Assembly: GCA_964437725.1 (NCBI GenBank)
Contig: CAYTIB010000086.1
Coordinates: 641 to 64,640, forward strand
DNA from: an uncultured bacterium
GTDB taxonomy: Bacteria; UBA8248; JACPRG01; G963555815
Length of the DNA: 64,000 nucleotides
Direction: 5' to 3'
The notes beneath the pieces are model-generated. The model did not search any database and was not told where the DNA came from. It worked only from the letters and a program-made list of their open reading frames with translations. The position numbers and the translations under genes are program-made. Each line of letters begins with the position of its first letter. Within the stretch, counting starts at the first letter, position 1. Of the stretch, positions 38,518 through 48,081 are shown piece by piece.

Positions 38518-39252
38518 TTATCTTTTACGGGCCAAAGTGATCAGCGAAGCACCAATTGGGAGGCTAGAAATTCGGAGCCAATACATTTCCAAAGCGGAAA
38601 GGCCAATTAGTATTCGATTGATAAAAGAGGGAACTCTATGGAAATCGTCTTTTAATGGCTCGTCAGTTGACTTTGGCCACCGTAACGAAGGACGAAGAGG
38701 CCGTAGAATCGCCATGATCGGATAAAGGTAAGAGAACGTATAGCTTATCCGTTCCATGTGGAAACCGGCAGCCGAAATCTTCGCTTGCAGTTCGGATTTT
38801 CGGTAGCGTCTTTGGTGGTGACAAAGCTCATCGTGGGAACCCCAAAGGTGTGGATGAGCGGGAACTGTAGCAATAAGCCGTCCCCCGGGCTTAAGAACTC
38901 TCCCCCACTCTGAGAGTGCTTGGCAATCATCTGGCAAGTGTTCTAGTACCTCTGAAGCGATTAATGTGTCAAACACGCCGTCCTGGAATGGGAGGTCAAC
39001 CACAGAGGCAAGTGCAAGACCCGAACTAGAAACTCGCTCCCGGCTGCGAGCCACCGCGACATCCGAGAAGTCAATTCCGAATAGAGAATCAGTCTGACAT
39101 GCAATCTGTTGAAAAAGGGCCCCGGTGCCACAACCAAGGTCTAGCAACTTTTCACACTGTCCAGCAAGGTCCCGAACCAGGCGGTTTTTCCCTACATACC
39201 ACCAATAGGTATCCTCAATCTCAGAAAATTTCTGTTCAAGTATTGGGTCCAA
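38518..39252 (-). CDS. class I SAM-dependent methyltransferase
   Basis: It has motif I LLDLGCGTGALF and the post-I acidic residue FGIDFS. Confidence 0.85.
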   Translation of the reverse strand: MDPILEQKFSEIEDTYWWYVGKNRLVRDLAGQCEKLLDLGCGTGALFQQIACQTDSLFGIDFSDVAVARSRERVSSSGLALASVVDLPFQDGVFDTLIASEVLEHLPDDCQALSEWGRVLKPGGRLIATVPAHPHLWGSHDELCHHQRRYRKSELQAKISAAGFHMERISYTFSYLYPIMAILRPLRPSLRWPKSTDEPLKDDFHRVPSFINRILIGLSALEMYWLRISSLPIGASLITLARKR

Positions 39253-39657
39253 ATCTCAGAGGTGTCTTCGTATTTAAGGGGAAGAAATCAAGTCCAACGC
39301 TCAGGCCGCCTGAGCCACGATCTAGAATAATTGTCGTATGGTTTGAGCCGATTAGCAAGATCTGTTGTTGGGGAAAAAGTTGAATTATGGCCTGATATTT
39401 TGGAGTGGGTAATGCGGGACACTCCGAATGGTGGAACGACATGGGCTGAGGGCATGCGCTCTATCTTGGAATTAGTGAACATTCGTGCGCATGTGGGTTG
39501 TAGAGTAGCTTTCGTTTTATGGGCCGGGGAGTTGCAGGCATTTTTCTTGCGAGAACCTGTGTTTGCAGATCCAATACCTTGTTCTCAAATTGCAAGTGGA
39601 GTACTTTAAACCTGCCGGGATTTGGGCTTTGCAGGATGATAGAAAGGTGTATTTCAA

Positions 39658-41607
39658 ATGTGTGGGATCTGTGGAAAAGCAGTATTTGGAAGCGGAGGGC
39701 GTGAGCGTGTAACGGAACAACTTCTCCGCGCGATGTCCCACCAGATGGTTCACCGAGGACCTGATAGTGATGGGGCGTTGCTTCGGCATTACCCAAATTT
39801 ATCAGTTGGTTTAGGTCATAGAAGGCTCAGCATAATAGATTTGAGTGATGCCGGGTCCCAACCTATGCCGAACGAGGACCATACGATTTGGGTGATTTTG
39901 AATGGCGAGATTTATAACTTTGCAGAACAACGTTCAATTCTAGAGTCCAAGGGTCACAAATTCCGTTCCCACACGGACACCGAGGTTATTCTTCATCTTT
40001 ACGAGGAGCATGGCGAGTCATTTGTTGATTATCTGCGCGGAATGTTCGCCATCGCTATCTGGGACGAGCCGAACCAGCGCCTCGTTCTAGTGCGTGATCG
40101 TCTTGGGCAAAAACCGATCTTCTATTCAGAGTCGGGGGGGGTGCTATGGTTTGCCTCTGAGCTCAACAGTTTACTTAAAGACCCGAGTTTAGATCGAGAA
40201 CTAAACTTCGAGTCCCTAGTTGATTTCCTCACGGTTTCATACATTCCTGCGCCTTCAACGATTTTTGCCAAGGTTCAAAAACTTCCCCCTGCCCACCGGC
40301 TAGTTTGGCAAAAAGGCAAAAGCCGGATTGAACGGTATTGGGTTCCCCGGGTAGAGGAAAAATGGGTAGCGTCTGAAGAGGAATATGCTGAAGGAATCCG
40401 AGCGCAGGCTGAAGAATGTACCAAGCTTCGCCTCGTTAGCGATGTTCCTTTAGGCGCATTGCTGAGTGGGGGAATCGATTCCAGTGTAGTTGTTGCGATA
40501 ATGGCGGGCCTTATGGATGCTCCGGTGAAGACGTTTTCCATCGGTTTTGATGTTGAAATCTTTAACGAGTTGGAATTCGCAAGGACAATCGCTGAAAAAT
40601 ATGGGACAGACCACGAAGAATTTATTGTCCGACCCAACGCTGTTGAGCTTTTACCAAAGTTGGTTTGGCATTTCGGCGAGCCCTTTGGTGACTCTTCAGC
40701 CCTACCAACTTTTTATCTATCGGAGATGACCCGACGGCATGTGACGGTTGCCCTGAACGGGGATGCAGGTGATGAGACTTTCGGGGGGTACGAGCGTTAT
40801 GTGGCAATGGGACTAGCTTCTCAGCTTGATAAAATTCCATTTGGTATGCGCAGAGTTATCCGAGCATCACTTCGGCATTTGCTTGGTAACCCTCTTCACG
40901 AAAAGGGTATGCGCCGGAGGCTACGCCGCTTTTCTGATACTTTACTTCTCTCCCCAGAAAATCGTTATTTTCGTTGGGTATCTGTGCTTCAAGATGAGAT
41001 GCGACATCGGTTGCTTTCTGAGGGCCTGATGGGTTTGTCTGGTGGGGAAAGGGACCATCCTCTTCAGGCAACTTATTCCAGCATACGTGACCACTGGTGT
41101 TTGGAAGATCCGGTGGAGCACGTCATGGCCCTGGACTTGGAAAGCTATCTGCCCTATGACTTATTGGTCAAAGCGGATGCTATGACTATGGCCCACAGTT
41201 TAGAGGCTCGCTCTCCCTTCCTGGATCACAAATTTGTCGAAATGGCCGCTTCGATTCCAGTGCATATGAAAATTAGACGGGGCAGAACCAAATATATCCT
41301 ACGACAAGCGTATGCTGGGGAAGTGCCGGAGAACGTTCTTGGGCGGGGAAAAATGGGATTTGGTGTCCCGTTGGCACGGTGGTTTCGGGGAGAACTTCGT
41401 GAGTACACACACGAAGTTTTGCTAGACCCTGCCTCTCTTCGTCGTGGATACTTTCAGGAGGATGCTTTAACCGATATGTTGGGTGAACACGCGGAGAAGC
41501 GGGAAGACCATGGTTTCCTAATTTGGAATCTATTGGTTCTAGAACTTTGGCACCGAACAGTTCTGGAGGGTCAGGGGGCACCCGATTTAACACCCGTTGT
41601 TGCCTAG
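39658..41607 (+). CDS. asnB: asparagine synthase (glutamine-hydrolysing), AsnB family
   Basis: The 649-aa ORF has the N-terminal MCGI nucleophile (Ntn amidotransferase) and the PP-loop LSGGIDSS. Confidence 0.9.
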   Translation: MCGICGKAVFGSGGRERVTEQLLRAMSHQMVHRGPDSDGALLRHYPNLSVGLGHRRLSIIDLSDAGSQPMPNEDHTIWVILNGEIYNFAEQRSILESKGHKFRSHTDTEVILHLYEEHGESFVDYLRGMFAIAIWDEPNQRLVLVRDRLGQKPIFYSESGGVLWFASELNSLLKDPSLDRELNFESLVDFLTVSYIPAPSTIFAKVQKLPPAHRLVWQKGKSRIERYWVPRVEEKWVASEEEYAEGIRAQAEECTKLRLVSDVPLGALLSGGIDSSVVVAIMAGLMDAPVKTFSIGFDVEIFNELEFARTIAEKYGTDHEEFIVRPNAVELLPKLVWHFGEPFGDSSALPTFYLSEMTRRHVTVALNGDAGDETFGGYERYVAMGLASQLDKIPFGMRRVIRASLRHLLGNPLHEKGMRRRLRRFSDTLLLSPENRYFRWVSVLQDEMRHRLLSEGLMGLSGGERDHPLQATYSSIRDHWCLEDPVEHVMALDLESYLPYDLLVKADAMTMAHSLEARSPFLDHKFVEMAASIPVHMKIRRGRTKYILRQAYAGEVPENVLGRGKMGFGVPLARWFRGELREYTHEVLLDPASLRRGYFQEDALTDMLGEHAEKREDHGFLIWNLLVLELWHRTVLEGQGAPDLTPVVA

Positions 41608-41697
41608 TGGCCATAAAAAGAGGGTTCCTCCGCATACATTAAACTCTATGCCTATTAGTGCTATGGTTAGCACTCTGGATTCTACTTTGAGGAAATT

Positions 41698-43536
41698 TTG
41701 GTCCCAATGATGTTTTACTTCCTTCCTTTCTTAACGGCCTTTTTACTGGCCCTACTTGTGACCCCAATTATTTGGTGGTTGTCTCTTCGTCAGGGTTGGG
41801 TTGCTCAGCCTCGGGCGGATCGGTGGCACCAGCGTCCCACAGCGCTATTTGGTGGAATTGCTATTTTCCTTTCCGTAATGGGTTCGTTTTTTTACTTCGT
41901 TCCTATTGAGAACGACAAGAGCCTGCTTGGAATCTTGGTGGGTGGCAGTTTCATGTTTGTTGTTGGTTTGATCGATGATATCCGTAAGACACCACCCTAC
42001 GCGAAGTTGATGGCACAAATTGTGGGTGCCTGTGCGGCGGTGTACTCGGGAATTTATTTCGAGGTTATTCCCAAACCGATCTCTTTGCCCTTCACCATAT
42101 TCTGGATTGTAGGGATTACGAATGCCTTCAATCTGATTGACAATATGGATGGATTGTCGGCCGGTATCGCGGCTATTTCCGCCGGGATTTTGTCTGCCTA
42201 CTCAATTTTGAGTGGAGAAATTTTTATCGCACTGGTCTGTTTGGCTCTAACGGGTGGTGCATTGGGATTTCTGGTCTACAATTTCAATCCAGCTCGAATT
42301 TTCATGGGTGACTCCGGGAGCATGTTTATTGGTTACCTCATTTCGATTCTTGCAATCATTGGTACGGCCAACCATGTTTCCAACCTTGTGGCTACACTTA
42401 TAGTCCCAACGATGGTCCTCGGGGTTCCTATTTTTGATACAGCATTCGTAGCCCTATTAAGACGCTTGCGAGGTCAAGCAATTTCCCAAGGGGGACGTGA
42501 CCATACCTCTCACCGACTGGTGAGTCTTGGATTAAGTGAGAGAAAGGCTGTTCTTTTGATCTACGCTTTCAGTATGGTTTTCGGGTTGGGGACTTTTTTC
42601 TACGCTCGGGTTGATATTCCGTTGGTGGTTATCCTAGCGGTTCTATCTGTGGTTCTTATCGTTGTCATAGGTAGGTTTTTGAGTGAGGTTAAGGTGGACG
42701 ACGGTGACGAGACTCCCGTATTGCAGAACGGCCTGGGTGAAATGAGTTCAGATGGTCAGGCTAGACCGGTCTTGCTTAACACCCTCTTGGTCTACAAGCG
42801 ACAGTTTATCGAGGTCCTATTAGATTTTTGCTTAATCTGTATCTCCTACTATATTGCCTTCCTGCTTCGGTTTGAGGGTATCGCACCGGATTGGTACTTG
42901 GATCTGTTTTTCGAGTCGCTGCCAGTTCTAATTGCCATTAAGCTGGGTTGTTTTTTTTATTTTGGTCTTTATCGAAATGTTTGGCGTTACGTAAATGTTG
43001 AAGACTTGGCTGCCATCACTAAGGCAGTGACACTAGGCTCCTTGGTCAGCATATTGGTTTTTACCTACATAAGCCGTTTTCAGGGGTACTCCCGTGCGGT
43101 ATTCATTATCGATTGGGGTTTGCTCTTGGTTTTGATCGCAGGTATTCGGCTTTTGTTCCGAGGGCTTCGAGAATATTTCTCCCGGATTCGGTCGACCGGG
43201 AAGCGCGTTCTCATTATGGGTGCCGGTGATGCAGGTGAGATGCTCCTTAGAGAACTTCGAAATAATCCCAAGCTTGATTATCAGCCAGTTGGGTTTTTGG
43301 ATGATAATCCTGAAAAGCACGGTCTGGAAATCGGGGGTGTAGTAATTTTGGGATCTCGTGAGGTAATGGTACGAGAAATTCGTCGTCGGCGAATTGATGA
43401 GGTATTGATTGCCATTCCATCGGCGGGATCCGAACTCTTGGATGATGTCCTCCGGTATTGCCGCGAAGCCAAGATTCCTTTCCAACGGCTTTCCGGAATC
43501 TTAGAATCACAGGAGTTAGCACGGAATTCGCAATGA
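41698..43536 (+). CDS. polyprenyl-phosphate N-acetylhexosamine-1-phosphate transferase (MraY/WecA family) fused to a CapD/WbaP-type TM plus Rossmann-like module
   Basis: Residues ~1-335 carry NAFNLIDNMDGLSAG and FMGDSGSMFIGY (Glycos_transf_4). Residues ~345-612 carry 4 TM segments, the WRYV motif and RVLIMGAGDAGEMLLREL...VGFLDDNPEK...VLIAIPS. Confidence 0.8.
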   Translation: MVPMMFYFLPFLTAFLLALLVTPIIWWLSLRQGWVAQPRADRWHQRPTALFGGIAIFLSVMGSFFYFVPIENDKSLLGILVGGSFMFVVGLIDDIRKTPPYAKLMAQIVGACAAVYSGIYFEVIPKPISLPFTIFWIVGITNAFNLIDNMDGLSAGIAAISAGILSAYSILSGEIFIALVCLALTGGALGFLVYNFNPARIFMGDSGSMFIGYLISILAIIGTANHVSNLVATLIVPTMVLGVPIFDTAFVALLRRLRGQAISQGGRDHTSHRLVSLGLSERKAVLLIYAFSMVFGLGTFFYARVDIPLVVILAVLSVVLIVVIGRFLSEVKVDDGDETPVLQNGLGEMSSDGQARPVLLNTLLVYKRQFIEVLLDFCLICISYYIAFLLRFEGIAPDWYLDLFFESLPVLIAIKLGCFFYFGLYRNVWRYVNVEDLAAITKAVTLGSLVSILVFTYISRFQGYSRAVFIIDWGLLLVLIAGIRLLFRGLREYFSRIRSTGKRVLIMGAGDAGEMLLRELRNNPKLDYQPVGFLDDNPEKHGLEIGGVVILGSREVMVREIRRRRIDEVLIAIPSAGSELLDDVLRYCREAKIPFQRLSGILESQELARNSQ

Positions 43537-45011
43537 TGGTTTCTGCCCCAGAAAATAGACTCTCGTACTCCCAGGGCCCACTTGTCGTCACCATCACAAT
43601 GGCCCTCGTCGCCGCACTTTGGTCCCATCGTTTATTTGCTCTTCCATTCGGGCCATCTTTTCTCTTCACCATGCCTATTGGATTGTGCTTTGGATTTATC
43701 CTATGGCGTCCTGATATTGCTCTCCCTTTGGCGCTATTCGTGCTGCCCTTGGTCAATATTCATTTTGATCTGGGACTAACAGAAAAGACTTTGTCTTTCG
43801 ACAAGCTGATGCTGGTTGGGCTTACTGCAGGTTGGATTCTAAGGAAAATATGTCTTCACCATTGGGGTCTGCCCCGTGACCCCATTCTTTCCCTTTGGTG
43901 GGTTTGGTTGGTTGTTCAGTGCGTGACGATTCTGCTTACTCGAGATTACGTTGGAAACCAGTTTTGGTATCTGACGGAACAACTCTCTTATGTCATTTTC
44001 TTTATAATTTGCCTAGATGTATTCCGAGATAGAAATGCAATACGTTTAGCCCTTCAAGCAATTGTAGCTTCGGGGTGGGCTGTCGCTCTTTTGGGTATAG
44101 CACAGCGCGTGAGCCATACCCTGTTTGGCAAGGGTACTCTTATCCTGACCTACCCATCTACCGGAAAGTGGGAAACCGAGTTCGGATCGACTATTGGGCA
44201 TCCGAATTTTTATTCCGCTTTTCAAATTCTTTCTATTCCTTTCACACTTTGGGCTCTACTCGAGTCGCGTAGTGCTTGGAGAGGATTTTTCTTATGCATG
44301 TTATTGGTTCAGTGCGGTTCGGTTTTTGTGGCTAAGAGCATCGGTGGGGTAGTGGGTCTTGGAGTGGTGGCTATCATTGGATGTTGGTGGGCTGGTCGGC
44401 ATTACTGGAGGATTTTAGGCCCCGTTTTTGTGGCTATCGGAGTTGTTGCCATTTTGTGGGTTATCCAATCGAGAGATCCTCTTGGTCTGGACCGATCAGC
44501 TTTAGTCCGGACTCACATTTTAAAGGTATCCCAACATGTTTTTTTCGAACGGCCCTTCTTTGGACATGGCTTGGGTTCTTTCACTCGAGTTTTTCCAGAT
44601 TATGAGTTGGTGCATGGACGTGAACGCCTCGTTGGGCACCTAGAAAAGTGGCGGGAATTTCCCAGGAGTGTGTCATCACATAACTGGTTTCTAAGGCTGA
44701 TTATAGAGGGCGGAGTTGCGAGTCTTCTGACGTTTTTGGGGCTTATCGGATGGGTGATGGCTGCTCGTTGGTATTCTTTGCGTTCTCCGCCCTTACCTCC
44801 CTCCTCTTACAATCGGAATGGCAAGCGTTCTCTCCGTCTTGCATTAGCAGCAGCATTGGTGGGATTCGTTATTCAGGCTTTTACCGATGAGCTTTTTGCA
44901 TATTCCAAAATCGTTTTAATCTTTTGGGCCTTAACAGCGGCAGGTGTGGCTCTGGATGTTAGATCGCGAGAATCTGACAACAATCGGGTGTCTTCGGTGG
45001 CGGTCGATTGA
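43533..45011 (+). CDS. O-antigen ligase/polymerase family membrane protein (Wzy_C domain)
   Basis: It has about 10-12 TM segments and a periplasmic loop with HNWFLRLIIEGG, typical of WaaL/Wzy-type proteins. Start ATG 43533 overlaps the upstream stop (ATGA). Confidence 0.78.
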   Translation: MMVSAPENRLSYSQGPLVVTITMALVAALWSHRLFALPFGPSFLFTMPIGLCFGFILWRPDIALPLALFVLPLVNIHFDLGLTEKTLSFDKLMLVGLTAGWILRKICLHHWGLPRDPILSLWWVWLVVQCVTILLTRDYVGNQFWYLTEQLSYVIFFIICLDVFRDRNAIRLALQAIVASGWAVALLGIAQRVSHTLFGKGTLILTYPSTGKWETEFGSTIGHPNFYSAFQILSIPFTLWALLESRSAWRGFFLCMLLVQCGSVFVAKSIGGVVGLGVVAIIGCWWAGRHYWRILGPVFVAIGVVAILWVIQSRDPLGLDRSALVRTHILKVSQHVFFERPFFGHGLGSFTRVFPDYELVHGRERLVGHLEKWREFPRSVSSHNWFLRLIIEGGVASLLTFLGLIGWVMAARWYSLRSPPLPPSSYNRNGKRSLRLALAAALVGFVIQAFTDELFAYSKIVLIFWALTAAGVALDVRSRESDNNRVSSVAVD

Positions 45012-45763
45012 GTTCGCCCTTGGCCCATGCATCCCCCCCACCTGGACCAATCCTTGGTGGTTCCGACCTTACACTCGTTGTGGTTCCAACTTATGACGAG
45101 AAAGAAAATATTGGGCTCCTGATTGAAGCATTGCTTTCCCTCCCCCATCCGCTTGAGATACTAGTGGTTGACGACTCATCGCCAGATGGAACTGCCGAAC
45201 TGGTCGAACGATACAGCCGAAATGATAAGCGGGTTCACCTGCTGAGTCGTCCAGGGAAAATGGGTCTTGGTTCAGCTTATCTCGAAGGTTTTCGATGGGC
45301 GCTGCAGCGGGATTATGTCCTCGTGGTTGAAATGGATGCAGATTTTTCGCACGATCCAGGTAAACTTATAGATCTCTTACGAGCCTCGGAGGAGGCAGAT
45401 CTTGTTCTTGGATCTCGCTATGTAGATGGAGGAGGGACCGTTGGCTGGAGTTTTTTCCGCAAGTTTATAAGTAAGGCAGGTTCTTTTTATGCCCGAAGTA
45501 TTCTTCGTGTTCCGATCCGGGATCTGACCGGTGGCTATAAATGTTTCAATCGGAGGGTGCTTGAAGTTATTCCGTTAGACAAAGTAGCCTGCGAAGGGTA
45601 CGCATTTCAGATCGAGATGACCTACCGTGTCCTGCGCAAACAGTTTCGAGTTATAGAAGTTCCCATTCTGTTCAAGGATCGCCGTGTGGGTAAATCCAAG
45701 ATGTCCTGGAGGATCCTTGCAGAGGCCATTCATAGTGTTTGGTGGATGCGGTTTCGCCTTTGA
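45008..45763 (+). CDS. GT2 polyprenol-phosphate mannose/glucose synthase (Dpm1-like)
   Basis: It has VVVPTYDEKENI, VVDDSSPDGT and MDADFSHDP motifs. The TTG start overlaps the upstream stop. Confidence 0.85.
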   Translation: MSSPLAHASPPPGPILGGSDLTLVVVPTYDEKENIGLLIEALLSLPHPLEILVVDDSSPDGTAELVERYSRNDKRVHLLSRPGKMGLGSAYLEGFRWALQRDYVLVVEMDADFSHDPGKLIDLLRASEEADLVLGSRYVDGGGTVGWSFFRKFISKAGSFYARSILRVPIRDLTGGYKCFNRRVLEVIPLDKVACEGYAFQIEMTYRVLRKQFRVIEVPILFKDRRVGKSKMSWRILAEAIHSVWWMRFRL

Positions 45764-45775
45764 GATTCTGGGTCC

Positions 45776-46906
45776 ATGAAAATGGAATGGAGAAAAAAAG
45801 CGAAGCGTTGGCTAGCCAGGGTTCAGGCTTTATGGATAGTTGGACCGAAACGCCAGACAGTGTTGCCCGAAGATTTTAGCCGACTAGCGTCTTTGCTTGG
45901 ACCGAAAATTCTAGTAATCGCGTATCCCCCCGGTTTAGGCGATACACTGATGGTGACTCCCTTCCTCAGTGCTTTGACGGCGAATTTCAATCAACTGGAA
46001 CTTTGGGTATTAGCGGGTGGGCCGACCTCCGAGGTACTGGCCCGTCACCCCGCGGTACAGGGTGTAATTCGCTACGAGGATGATTGGATTTCCAAAGACG
46101 ACAAGCGAGGACCAAAAAAGTCTTCGGCCGAGCGGCGCGCTCTTCGTAACAGATTGCGAAGGGAAAGATTCGACGCTGTGTTCGATTTGTTGGGGAATTT
46201 TAAGTCTGCTCGCCTCGCGGCATCTATTCGGTCTCCTATTAGAGTCGGGTACTCTAGTGGGTTCGAGGCCTTTCTAACACACCCAATCCCAGACCATCGT
46301 TTTAAAGAGGCCTCCCGTTCTATGGCTGAGTACCACTTGGAACTGTTGCGAGAGGTAGAGCTTGCAGCAGGTCATCCAGGACCATTTATTTCGATTGGAA
46401 AAGAGGATGATTTTGCAGATCGGTGTTTCTGTGATTTTGAGTTCAAAGGGGTATGGGTTGGCTTGGTTCCAGCTGCTGCAGATTCCCGAAGAACATGGGA
46501 TCTGAAACAATTTGCAAAGGCTGCTGACGAAATTGTGCAATTGGTCGAGGGTCGGGGAATCTTGTTGGGGGCGGAAACCGAAAGAGGTGTGCTCGATGAG
46601 GTTGAAGGATTGATGTGCACTAACCCGGTTAATTTCTGTGGACAGGCAAACATTTTTCAGACCGCTGCTCTTTTGCGTAGGTGCCATCTCATGGTGTCGG
46701 TTAACACTGGATTGATGCATTTGGGAGCCTCGGTTGGCGTAAAAATCGTGGCTCTAATGTTTGAAGGGAGCCCCCTTTGGCGTCCTTGGGGAGAGGGTCA
46801 TCAGATATTAACAGGTCTCGCCGGATCTGGTTCTCCCGAGGCGCTAAAGGTTGAAGAGGTTGTCCGTGCTGCAAAGGAAATTCTTTCTGACGTGAGGGGG
46901 ATGTGA
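45776..46906 (+). CDS. glycosyltransferase family 9 (heptosyltransferase-like)
   Basis: It has ILVIAYPPGLGDTLMVTPFLSAL and the C-terminal NTGLMHLGA, both characteristic of GT9. Confidence 0.8.
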   Translation: MKMEWRKKAKRWLARVQALWIVGPKRQTVLPEDFSRLASLLGPKILVIAYPPGLGDTLMVTPFLSALTANFNQLELWVLAGGPTSEVLARHPAVQGVIRYEDDWISKDDKRGPKKSSAERRALRNRLRRERFDAVFDLLGNFKSARLAASIRSPIRVGYSSGFEAFLTHPIPDHRFKEASRSMAEYHLELLREVELAAGHPGPFISIGKEDDFADRCFCDFEFKGVWVGLVPAAADSRRTWDLKQFAKAADEIVQLVEGRGILLGAETERGVLDEVEGLMCTNPVNFCGQANIFQTAALLRRCHLMVSVNTGLMHLGASVGVKIVALMFEGSPLWRPWGEGHQILTGLAGSGSPEALKVEEVVRAAKEILSDVRGM

Positions 46907-48081
46907 ACCGCTACCGGATTTTACTCGTTTCCCATGCTTATGTGACACCAATTAATCGACAAAAGGCCAGTGCGCTTGCTGCGTCGGGGGATGTGGAAGT
47001 GACGCTACTTATCCCAGCCCGGTGGGATGCGCCAGTTCCCGGTCTGGAGCGGGATGAACCTTACAGGCTTATCAAGCTTCCTGTGAGTTTCCCTGGGCGG
47101 GGAGGCGCCCATTTTTATTTGAAAGGCCTATCGAAGTTGGTGAAAGAATTCCGACCTCACATTATTCATCTCGAAGAAGAACCATGGGCCGTTTCTGCGT
47201 TCCAGTTTTCTCAAATGAAGCGGATGCATCGTTTCCGATTGATTCTTTTTTCATGGGAAAACCTGGTTAAGAGTTTTCACGGGATTCGGGGGTGGATGGA
47301 GGCAATGACGCTGCAACAGGTTGATCTCGGGATTGGTGGAAATTTTGCAGCAGCAAGGGAGCTGAATAGGAAAGGTGTTACCCATGTTCGTGTGTTGCCC
47401 CAGTTGGGAGTGAATCCGGATGAGTTCCGGCCCAGGGAGAAGCCAGTGCCGCAGGTGTTTACGATCGGCTATGCGGGCCGATTGGTTTTAGAGAAAGGGG
47501 TGGACCTTCTTATCCGTGCGGTTGCAGGCCTAGAAGGAGAATGGCATTTAAAAATACTAGGTCAAGGCGCAGAGCAGGAGGCCTTGTATGCCCTCGCGAA
47601 AAGACTTTCGGTTTTGGATAAGATCGAATTTCTGCCGAGCATTCCACATGAAAATGTCGCCGAATTCATGCAAAGCATTGAGGTTCTTGTTTTGCCATCA
47701 CGGACAACGAATAACTGGGCTGAGCAGTTTGGTCATGTCTTGGTTGAAGCAATGTCGTCGGAAATACCTGTTGTTGCTTCGATGAGTGGATCGATTCCAG
47801 AAGTAGTTGGTAATGGGGGTCTACTGTTTCCAGAGGGCGATGAAGAATTCTTGCGCACCGTTCTTGAGCGGGTTCGAGATGAGCCAGATTTAGCAAGGAA
47901 GTTAGGACAAACGGGACGTCTCCGTGTTCTCGAGCGATATACCTGGGAGCACATTGCGGATGAAACTCTCCGGTACTACCGTGAATTAATGGATGAAGCA
48001 ACCCCATCATCAGTTGTTAACATCGAAGAAGAAAAACTATGGGGTTTGGAACACGACCCCACCAAGGTGAAAAAACGTTGA
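46903..48081 (+). CDS. glycosyltransferase family 4 (GT-B, group 1)
   Basis: It has the EX7E region EQFGHVLVEAMSSEIPVV. The GTG start overlaps the upstream stop (GTGA). Confidence 0.85.
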   Translation: MNRYRILLVSHAYVTPINRQKASALAASGDVEVTLLIPARWDAPVPGLERDEPYRLIKLPVSFPGRGGAHFYLKGLSKLVKEFRPHIIHLEEEPWAVSAFQFSQMKRMHRFRLILFSWENLVKSFHGIRGWMEAMTLQQVDLGIGGNFAAARELNRKGVTHVRVLPQLGVNPDEFRPREKPVPQVFTIGYAGRLVLEKGVDLLIRAVAGLEGEWHLKILGQGAEQEALYALAKRLSVLDKIEFLPSIPHENVAEFMQSIEVLVLPSRTTNNWAEQFGHVLVEAMSSEIPVVASMSGSIPEVVGNGGLLFPEGDEEFLRTVLERVRDEPDLARKLGQTGRLRVLERYTWEHIADETLRYYRELMDEATPSSVVNIEEEKLWGLEHDPTKVKKR

